This document shows positions 54,990-64,000 of a DNA stretch of 64,000 nt, piece after piece. The translations under genes and the position numbers were made by a program. The notes beneath the pieces were generated by a model, which saw nothing but the letters and a program-made list of their open reading frames with translations, made no database searches and was not told the origin of the DNA. The stretch's first letter is position 1, and each line of letters starts with the position of its first letter. Source of the stretch: Eledone cirrhosa (lineage: Eukaryota). The stretch lies in contig OZ024740.1 in NCBI GenBank assembly GCA_964016885.1, forward strand, positions 54,746,001 to 54,810,000. The letters are read 5' to 3'.

Positions 54990-56060
54990 GAAGATGGGTG
55001 GAGCATGAAGGCCATGGGATTAAAAGTTTGTAAAGAAAAGATAAGTTGCTGTTCTTTTCGACAGTGCCAGTCAACGGGTCCGGCACAATGTGTGAGCCCG
55101 AAGACATTGAGGTGGCGTATGGAGCGACAGCGCATCGATAATTTCAAGGAGAGGAGTCGGGTTGCCGACCCGGATGTCCCATAGGATTTGAGCAAAACTG
55201 TCGGCCAGACGACGGCCAATTTAATCAATGTATATGGATCCGCACGGAATACAATGCAGCCCATAGAAAAGGCTGGTGGTGGTGCAGCTGAAGGAGACCT
55301 TAACCCGGAAGTATAGGCCATTGGGACGGAAAAGGGTGCTGGTGTTGGATATAAAGCTGCATGTATGGAAGAGGAGTAGGGAAGAGGTTTGGGATCGAGT
55401 AGATGAGTTGGGAGGGGAAGGGTGCTGCAGACAGGAGGTTCCGAAGATTACGAGCGCGCTTGAATGAAGGGTCAAGTGGGAGTGGAAAAATGGGTGAAGT
55501 AGAGGAATCTGACTGTATGTGATGGAAAAGACGGAAGATCGAGTTTTTGAGGGGAAAGGTAGAATGGTGGCAAGTGATGGGGAATGGCAGTCAGCTGGTA
55601 GGGTGGCAGCGTGGAGAAAGGGCAGCGTTCAATCAACGCCATCGGCACGGAAAAGGGCGGCTTTCACTAGAAGAAATAGATATTGGAGGTCCGTGGAGTG
55701 TGGACGATGGTAGCCGAGAGGCGTAGAAGAAAGGAGGCGACATAGTAGAGGTGACCTTTTGCTGGTATTACGGAGTGGGATCTGTGTCTAGGAAGTGGTA
55801 GGAGAAAGAGTTCTGGAGTTGCCGTAACGCCTCCGTTTTATAGAGGTTGGTGGCGAGTTGAGCTGGTGATTTGTTGCATCCTTTGTAACGTTTACGAAAA
55901 TTGAAACGATTCACAGCGCGATGGCTAGCATCAGAGAAGGTATCCAGGGCATTGAATTGTCCTGGAGCTGGCATCCAATGTGATGATCACCGGGCCACAA
56001 TAACAAGGTGCTTACAGAGGTTTTGGAGACCGAGGATTGCATGAAAATGCGCGTGCAATC
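54990..56060 (-). pseudogene. Decayed, internally deleted Penelope-like element (second family)
   Basis: RQLQNSFSYHFLDTDPT (PLE RT N-terminus); FSCTTTSLFYGLHCIPCGSIYI..GRRLADSF...EQQLIFSLQTFNP (GIY-YIG and C-terminus). Confidence 0.78.
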
Positions 56061-56084
56061 ATCTATGGTGCGGTTCCAAAATAT

Positions 56085-56162
<78 letters not shown>

Positions 56163-57107
56163 TTCGTTTAACGTCCATTTTCCACACTAGCATGGGTTAG
56201 ACTCATGTATATATATGTGTGTGTGTGTGAGAGAGAGAGAGAGGGTGAGTGAAAGAAAGAGAGAGAGAGGGGGGGGGAGAAGGAGAGAGAGTGAGAGAGA
56301 AATAGTGAGATAGAGATAAAATAATGATAGAGAAACAGACAGACAGACAAACTGACAAAAAATAAAGGCTAAAATGCATAGAGAGTTTATATCTAATAGT
56401 GGAAAGCTTATATCTACGTATATGTGTACACGTGTTCATACAAATAACGAAAATAGAAATAAGTAGGTAAACATCTAATCTACACAACAGAACTAGGGAT
56501 GATTTTTACCCGTTTAAACTACTCTTTTATGTTGGGTATCTGTTGTGATACGATCCACAGGTGACTCTGTTTGTTTGTATTAACTTATACACTAATTGTT
56601 TGGTTAAATGTTGACAACAGGTGGGGTGTAGTCTATTATTGGTAGAATTACAATGACGTTGTGGTTACATATTTTTGTGCACAATTTGTTTGAAGACGCG
56701 CTAGTCTTGTTACAGAATGAATATATACACACACACTTACATACATATTATATGTATATATATATATGAGTGTGTGTGTGTGGATGTGTGTCTATGTCTG
56801 TGTCTATATATATATATTATGTGCGTGTGTGTGTGATTGAAGTCGCTTCGTGCTTAAAGGGTCCGTCTCACAATCATGAAGATATGAGTTCGATTAAGGT
56901 ATCGGGTGGTACGACATAATATCTCGCGGCGTTGCTTCACTTCACTCAGCATATATTTATATGTGTTTGGGTATGTGCGTCAGTGTAATATGAGTATATA
57001 TATTTACTTCCGGATTTAGTTGACTGGCGAGGGAAATGAGTACTCAATACCGAAGGAGATTTCCAATATTCATTGTATTAAATTTGAATATATATATATA
57101 CATATAG

Positions 57108-57330
57108 GAAAAGAGACAGGCCCCGACGAGTGAGTTCCGACCATTTCGACAGCTAGATCCGAACTAAACCACCAGTTTGCTGAATTCTGGTGGCTTAGTT
57201 CGGATCTAGCTATCGAAACGGCCGTTGCCCAGCCGTCGGGATCCTGACTATTTTCCTATTACCCACTCTACTACTCTAAGTATTGAGTATTCTGGTGCGT
57301 TATGTTCCACCTGGTATTATTCCACACCGT
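57108..57330. repeat. Fold-back copy of a dispersed family (other copies ~42600-42715, ~46737-46852, ~61150-61312)
   Basis: Arms cgacagctagatccgaactaa/ttagttcggatctagctatcg; shared tail tattacccactctactac...gagtattctggtgcgttatg. Confidence 0.85.
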
Positions 57331-57661
57331 CATTGTTGTTTTATAAATATATATACATATATATAAATTACACAGGATGGATGTAACTAATATGAATAGG
57401 ACATTAAGTGATATAATTCTATCACTTACTTCACCTAATTAGCGCTCAACTTCCTGTTTATATATACACATTTATATATATATATACATACACACACATA
57501 TTTGTTTGACAGCTGAGAGAAAAGAGTACTCCTTACCGAAGTAGAGTTTTAATAATTCATTTTATTAAGGGTAATTCTGATGTTTCCCTGTTTATGATGG
57601 CCCGGTGATAACCAGGCGAAACTCCAGAGTAACAAGTCTCACTAGTTTGCCTTCATAAAAG

Positions 57662-57777
<116 letters not shown>

Positions 57778-57778
57778 G

Positions 57779-57811
<33 letters not shown>

Positions 57812-57822
57812 CTCTCTCTCTC

Positions 57823-59805
57823 ACCAGAACGAACCCGGCTTTGGTGGGGCTCTGATCAACTTGGATCAATCTAAGGCGTTCGATAGGGTCGACCATGGTT
57901 ACCTGGATGCGGTGCTAGCGGCGGCAGGCTTCGGACCCGTTTTCAGGGGCTGGATCACTGCTATGCACAGCAGCCGCATCTGCTCTAGGGTCAAGGTGAA
58001 CGGCTACCTCTCGGAGCCGTTCAAAATCGCGCGGTCCATCCGACAGGGGTGCCCTCTCTCCTCCCTTCTGTATGTGTTGACTCTCGAGCCACTACTGCGG
58101 AAGTTGGAGTTGTTGCAGGGCATCCCTTTGGAACCGGGATTGCGGAAAGCGGTGTCGGCCTACGCCGATGACGTGACAGTAATGGTGTCGACGGCCTCCG
58201 AAATCGAGGCGGTCGGCACCTTACTGGAGGAGTACGAAAAGTTCACAGGGGCTAAGCTGAACCGGGACAAGTCGATCGGTTTGCAACTCGGCACGTGGAG
58301 GGGCAGACCGATGCCCTCCGATGGCGTCGTCGGACGCTGGACGGAGGGCCCGGTGAAGTTGCTCGGGGTCTGGTTCGGACCGGACCTCCAGGTGGAGAAA
58401 AACTGGGCGGAGGTTACGAACAGGGTGTTTGCACTGACCCAGAAGTGGGCCAGTTGCAAACTATCCCTCAAAGGTCGGGCGGAGGTGGCGAACACCTACA
58501 TAGCGTCCGTCATCTACTACCGCCTGACCGTAGTGCCCTGCCCAAGGGAAACCCTCACCAAGATGGAGCGCGCGCTCTTCCAATTCCTTTGGAAGAGGCG
58601 GGCTCCTATGGTGAGGAGATCCATCTGCTGTCAACACCCTTCGAAAGGAGGGCTGGGGATGCCGTGGCTAATGATGCGTAAACACGCATTAAGGCTACGG
58701 CACCTCTACGTATTCCTCACCGGACAACCGGTGTGGGCCTCGTTTGTGAGGCGAACCTTTCCCAGACTCGTCTCACTCACCGAGCTGCAATCCTGGGTCA
58801 AGCAAAGACCGAGAAAACTGGGCGCCTGGCACACTGAGTGTGCCCAGGCGCTCACCGCCCTCTGGCAGGCGGATCCGGTTATCAGTGGAGACTCCACCGC
58901 AACATTCTATAGAGGGCTGGTACGCAGCAGGTGCGACGACGCCCTCGGAGAAGCCCTAGACATGGAGGAGGACGAACTGGCCAGCCTGTTCGGTAGGACA
59001 TTCAGCCCGGGACCTATGGACAACTTCCAGAAGTCCCTGGCCTGGCAGTGCTACCGAGGGGCTTTACCCGTTCGAGAAAGGCTCTACAGACACGGGCGCC
59101 CGGGTAGGGACCCCGCCAAAAAGATCTGTCCCAGATGCGTGTGCGACGAGGAAACCGTTGCACACGCATTGGTACACTGCTCGGGCGTAGCCGATCTGTG
59201 GGGCTATGTCGAACAACTGCTGTCAAGGGTGGAACCGATCCGGTTGACCACCGAGTCTATTGTAATGATCAAGCCGCCTCCCCCCTTCAAAGATGAAGCA
59301 GAGGCGGTGTTTCTGTGCGTAATAGCCATGGCGAAAGAGGTTGTATGGTGGACGCGTCTGAAAGGACTGAGGTCAGGCACCTTTCTCTCTGGCCAACAAC
59401 TGGTCCGTTTCTTCCGATATCATTTCGGAAGAAGGATCAGGATGGAGAGAGAGGTGCTGCACCCCAGCCGTTTCTATGAAAGATGGGTGAAAGTGGCGAG
59501 AATGGCCCGTGTGAATGGGCCTTCACTCTACATCAGACTATAGGTGAGGAAGATGAAAGACCAAGGGAGCACCCCTTCTCTGTGCTCCTGAGGAGAAGGG
59601 TTGCACACTTTTTTCGGGGGTGTGTGCGACCCCCCAAGGCGCCTCCTCTCTATTGAGGATTTTGTTAAAAATTTTATTTTTTGTTATATCTTATTTTATT
59701 TTTATATTTTGTTATTGCCTCCTCCTTATTGAGGACGCCTTTTTGTGTAAACTCCCCCCTTTGTACTTGTCCCACTTTGATGCCCTAGTGGCAAATAAAA
59801 GAAAT
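57823..59805 (+). mobile_element. 5'-truncated L1/Tx1-type LINE, second subfamily, inserted in (TC)n
   Basis: Homologous to the ORF2 C-terminal half; 3' end GGCAAATAAAAGAAA; tatctatctctctctc on both sides. Confidence 0.93.
57825..59543 (+). CDS. Tx1-type ORF2 fragment (RT + zinc finger); the ORF-track N-terminus is microsatellite
   Basis: [37 protein letters not shown]; open to the natural stop. Confidence 0.88.
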   Translation, partial: QNEPGFGGALINLDQSKAFDRVDHGYLDAVLAAAGFGPVFRGWITAMHSSRICSRVKVNGYLSEPFKIARSIRQGCPLSSLLYVLTLEPLLRKLELLQGIPLEPGLRKAVSAYADDVTVMVSTASEIEAVGTLLEEYEKFTGAKLNRDKSIGLQLGTWRGRPMPSDGVVGRWTEGPVKLLGVWFGPDLQVEKNWAEVTNRVFALTQKWASCKLSLKGRAEVANTYIASVIYYRLTVVPCPRETLTKMERALFQFLWKRRAPMVRRSICCQHPSKGGLGMPWLMMRKHALRLRHLYVFLTGQPVWASFVRRTFPRLVSLTELQSWVKQRPRKLGAWHTECAQALTALWQADPVISGDSTATFYRGLVRSRCDDALGEALDMEEDELASLFGRTFSPGPMDNFQKSLAWQCYRGALPVRERLYRHGRPGRDPAKKICPRCVCDEETVAHALVHCSGVADLWGYVEQLLSRVEPIRLTTESIVMIKPPPPFKDEAEAVFLCVIAMAKEVVWWTRLKGLRSGTFLSGQQLVRFFRYHFGRRIRMEREVLHPSRFYERWVKVARMARVNGPSLYIRL

Positions 59806-59811
59806 ATATCT

Positions 59812-59873
<62 letters not shown>

Positions 59874-59884
59874 GTATATATATG

Positions 59885-59972
<88 letters not shown>

Positions 59973-59975
<3 letters not shown>

Positions 59976-60365
59976 TAATAAAAGGAATTCCAACTTTGTC
60001 TGATTTACTCTTTTTATTTACAATCCTTTAAAATTTATAATGGTATTAGAATGAAATGGTATGGTAGAATATTAAATGTTAAGTGTTAATTGAACAAGTA
60101 CTTTCATGCTTTCGCAATCTTCAGGTTCATAATGTGTGGTGACAGTCAAGTTTGCAATTTTCAACTTTTCACAGTTGAAAATTGCAAACTTGACTGTCAC
60201 CACACATTATGAACCTGAAGATTGCGAAAAGAATGAAAGTTCCTGTTCAATTAACACTTAACATTTAATATTCTACCATACCATTTCATTCTAATACCAT
60301 TATAAATTTTAAAGGATTGTAAATAAAACGAGTAAATCAGACAAAATTGGAATTCCTTTTATTAA
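59973..60365. repeat. Long palindrome (~190-bp arms, ~7-nt spacer) carrying two hammerhead copies
   Basis: Centre ttttcaact tttcac agttgaaaa; arms end attaataaaaggaattcc. Confidence 0.95.
60091..60129 (-). ncRNA. Minimal type-I hammerhead ribozyme, intact core (mutated twin at 60210-60249, +)
   Basis: TGAAC CTGAAGA T TGC gaaa GCA T GAAA G ta C TT GTTCA: 5-bp helix I, GNRA-capped helix II, palindromic AGTACT helix III, CUU site. Confidence 0.82.
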
Positions 60366-60479
60366 TGTAATCTTCTATACACAATCATACATACACACCC
60401 GTGTATATTTATCTATCTATCTATATATGTATATATATATGTATATATATATGTATATATGTATATATATATGTATATA

Positions 60480-60556
<77 letters not shown>

Positions 60557-61352
60557 ATATATATATATATATAAATATATATGTATATATATGTGTGTTT
60601 CTGTGTGTGTGTATGTGTATGAATGTATGTATGTAAAAGCAAAATTTAACATACATTTCTATATACGTTGGTCAGATTCCGCACAGGTACACCCATACCA
60701 CGACACCATTCAACCCGTCACGATCAAATCAAACGCCTATCCTTCAAACCTTTACACAAATGAATAATCATTCACACGTACACACACGTACATATCTCTA
60801 CTTAAAATATGCAATAATTATCCTACTTTCTAAACCTCTCTAATACCTAAGACACACACTGACCAGTATTTCTCCAAAATTGTTAGCTAAATAATGACAT
60901 TTTTTCACGAAAATAATTTTTTTCCCATTCCTTCCTATTATCACTCTTTTTCTTCCTATTTCAACTCTTATTCCTCATTCCTAAGTGTCTGAAAACTTAA
61001 GATTATTTTCCTAGCATATCAATGGTTAAACTAATATATTTCTTCACTTCAGTCTGGAGTTTGCTATTTCTTTCTTACTTTTGCTTCCTTCTTGTGTGTA
61101 TATATATATGTGTGTGTGTGTGTGTGAGTGTATAACAAAGAAGATATGGTAAGACACCAGGTGAACCATAACGCACCAGAGTACTCGATACTTTAGGTAG
61201 TAGAGTGGGTAATAGGAAAAGAGTCAGGACCCCGACGGCTGAGCTCCGGCTTAGTTCGGATGTAGCTGTCAAAGCGGCCGGAGCTCAGCTATCGGGGTCC
61301 TGAACCTTTGCCTATACACACACACGCGCGCGCGCGCGCGCACGTACACACG

Positions 61353-61423
<71 letters not shown>

Positions 61424-61479
61424 CGGCGATGAATTAGTTTTGCGAGGTTTTTTATATGAAATCGTGTCGAAACAAATAT

Positions 61480-62375
61480 TGTTATACTTGTGGAGGGTCA
61501 TATTTGTGTAATATTGCTAGAATTAATATCAGAACACACTCACTGTTTGGTTGGTTTTCGCTTTTCGCTTCTGTGTCTTTTATATCGGTAATCTAATTTA
61601 TTCGGTCCTCAATGTTGCCATTGAGTGACCAACGGTCAAAAATAATACAGATACAATATAGACACAAACACATATATATAGTTTATCAAAGTTCTTTCGT
61701 TGCACATCTGCAACATCGTCAGTGGTACTATTGTTTCCTCCCGTTGCATTGTATGTCTACGCCATCTTTATTTAGTCTGTTTATATATTTATTTATTTAT
61801 TTGTTTGTTTGTTTATTTTATGTTGTCTTCTTTGCGCATGCGTTTGAGTGTGTGTATAGTGTTTTGTTTGATGTGTGTTCGTGATTTGGTGACTGTGTAT
61901 TGGTTAATGTATTCTATCTTTACTAGTGTGTGTTTATATGTGTTTGTTGTTATTGTGCTTGTGTATGTATTTATCAAACAAAACACTATACACACACGCA
62001 AACGCATGCGCAAAGAAGACAAAATAAAATAAACAAACAAACAAATAAATAAATAAATAAATAAATAAATATATAAGCAGACTAAATAAAGATGGCGTAG
62101 ACATACAATGTAACGGGAGGAAACAATAGCACTACTGGCGATGTTGCAGATGTGCAACGAAAGAACTTTGATAAACTATATATATTTGTTTGTGTCTATA
62201 TTGTATCTGTATTATTTTTGACCGTTAGATAAGTCAATGGCAACATTGAGGACCGAATAAATTAGATTACCGATATAAAAGACACAGAAGCGAAGACCAA
62301 CCAAACAGTGAGTGTGTTCTGTTATTAATTCTGGCAATATTACACAAATATGACCCTCCCCAAGTATAACAATAT
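61480..62375. mobile_element. Solo inverted pair of pLTRs from the Penelope family at 21208-23840
   Basis: 61490-61970 is the reverse complement of the PLE 3' tail; 61975-62370 is the forward copy. Confidence 0.92.
61685..61726 (-). ncRNA. Type-I hammerhead ribozyme, intact core (twin 62131-62172 has A6G, CTGGCGA)
   Basis: ACCA CTGACGA T GTTGCA gatg TGCAAC GAAA G aa C TT TGAT. Confidence 0.78.
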
Positions 62376-62431
62376 ATATATACATATATAATCTGTTATT
62401 TTAATAAATATATATATATATATATATATAT

Positions 62432-62773
62432 AAAAGACGTAAAATAAGAAAATTGTTTTTAAAACATTTTTTTTTAAAATTAACTTACTTACTTAAATTT
62501 TCACTCCAACTAATTAGTTTCTGCAATGGGATAAAGACAGTTAATAACTGTCTTTATCCCATTGCAGAAACTAATTAGTTGGAGTGAAAATTTAAGTAAG
62601 TAAGTTAATTTTTTTTTTTTTATTTTTTTTTTTTTTATTTTCTTATTTTACGTCTTTTATATTATTGTTCTGCATTCTCCTGCATCGAACCACCTAGGTA
62701 CTATGACATAACCTGTGTATTTGCTGGCATTGGCGTATATCTGTGCGCTTATGTTAGTAGATATATTAAATTA

Positions 62774-62775
<2 letters not shown>
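62432..62775. repeat. Fold-back copy of the 25240-26275 family, centred on the ribozyme loop-II hairpin
   Basis: Centre gacagtta a taactgtc; the arms contain only the 3' half of the ribozyme (GAAACTAATTAGTTGGAGT). Confidence 0.85.
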
Positions 62776-62863
<88 letters not shown>

Positions 62864-62944
62864 TACATATATATATACATATATATATACATATATATAT
62901 ATACATATATATATACATATATACATATATACATATATATATAC

Positions 62945-63001
<57 letters not shown>

Positions 63002-63190
63002 CAGTGGTAAAGGTGTTGCCTTTACGATCATAACGTTGTGTTCCATTCAACGGCTGAGTTGTGTGTTGTCTTCTTGAGGAAAACACTTCATTTCAGATAG
63101 TGTATTCAGCTGAAAATGAGTACCACCAATAGCTGGGAGTTAAAACTGCGTTGGACTAGCGTCCTAACCTCTCTTGTACTCTCAAACGCT
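63002..63190 (+). mobile_element. Old tRNA-derived SINE of a different family
   Basis: A-box-like cagtggtaaag; cttgaggaaaacactt...tcagctgaaaatgagtacc...ctgcgttggactagcgtcc resembles conserved SINE central domains. Confidence 0.55.
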
Positions 63191-63513
63191 TCACGCAATA
63201 ATATATATAATTTTAAAATTCTATATCATACAGTTTGTGTACTTAAATTTTTATGTATATATCTATTTATGTATATATGTATGATTTCCTGAATTGATAG
63301 GGAGAAATATATCCATACATCCATATAGGTAAATAATCCTGTATACGTGGATTTCTCCCTTAATATTCCTGCGCATACATGGGACTATTTATGCGATAAG
63401 ATATATATTCACTCACATTAAGTGATATATATAATTCGTTTCAATGGCTATCATCGAAATATATATAGCAGTAAATAAAGGATTATGAGTTCATGCAATT
63501 GACTTATGTTTCG

Positions 63514-63596
<83 letters not shown>

Positions 63597-63862
63597 TAAA
63601 ACATGTCTATAGAATCACCAGATAAAATATATACCATTTCCTCTCCCAATTAGCATAATTAACTATATAAAAAATCGAATAGGCCATGCTATGAGAATTA
63701 GGCTTCTATGAAGAGATCTCCAACAACTAACCAAATCTAGCCCTTCGCGTCGGCTACGGCGGAATATTTATCGAATATTTCGACAGCGTAATCGCCCAGA
63801 TACAGTCAATTAAACAGAATTAGGTGTAAAATAAACTAGGAGAAAAGAGAATACATTTATTT

Positions 63863-63938
63863 ACCTCTACCATGGTTTCGTCCGCATTTTGAGATTTCCA
63901 ATATCTTCGGAAATTCGAGCATCGGACTCTTCAGAAGT
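63863..63938 (-). ncRNA. Type-I hammerhead ribozyme with canonical core and long helix II
   Basis: CTT CTGAAGA GTCCG ..TTTCCGA agata TTGGAAA.. CGGAC GAAA CC at GG TA GAG: canonical G10.1-C11.1, palindromic ACCATGGT helix III, GUA site, short helix I. Confidence 0.8.
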
Positions 63939-64000
63939 TTGCTCTAATCTAGACAATAAATTTTCCAAAGTGATCGCGCCAAGAATACATTCAAAAATGG

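Overview
AT-rich, microsatellite-dense animal genomic DNA with no confident host protein-coding gene. The SINE family and the (AT)n/(GT)n/(AAT)n load suggest an octopus or other coleoid cephalopod (inference). Almost all long ORF-track hits are microsatellite artefacts. The real coding content is retrotransposon-derived: one apparently intact full-length L1/Tx1-type LINE (ORF1+ORF2, minus strand, 31.4-37.4 kb), a truncated second Tx1 subfamily, R4/Dong-like RLE elements in (AAT)n, CR1-like and RTE fragments, and two decayed Penelope-like (GIY-YIG) elements. There are also about a dozen tRNA-derived SINE copies. The main hidden signal is about 10 type-I hammerhead ribozymes with an intact catalytic core plus several variant or decayed ones, from roughly 8 unrelated sequence families. 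They lie in short non-coding units inserted into (AT)n as fold-back palindromes or 'inverted + 1.x tandem' arrays (Penelope pLTR/retrozyme-like). Some carry a U3-A8 core covariant, and several fold-back breakpoints map inside ribozyme helix II. All folds and alignments were read by eye and coordinates are approximate to a few bases.
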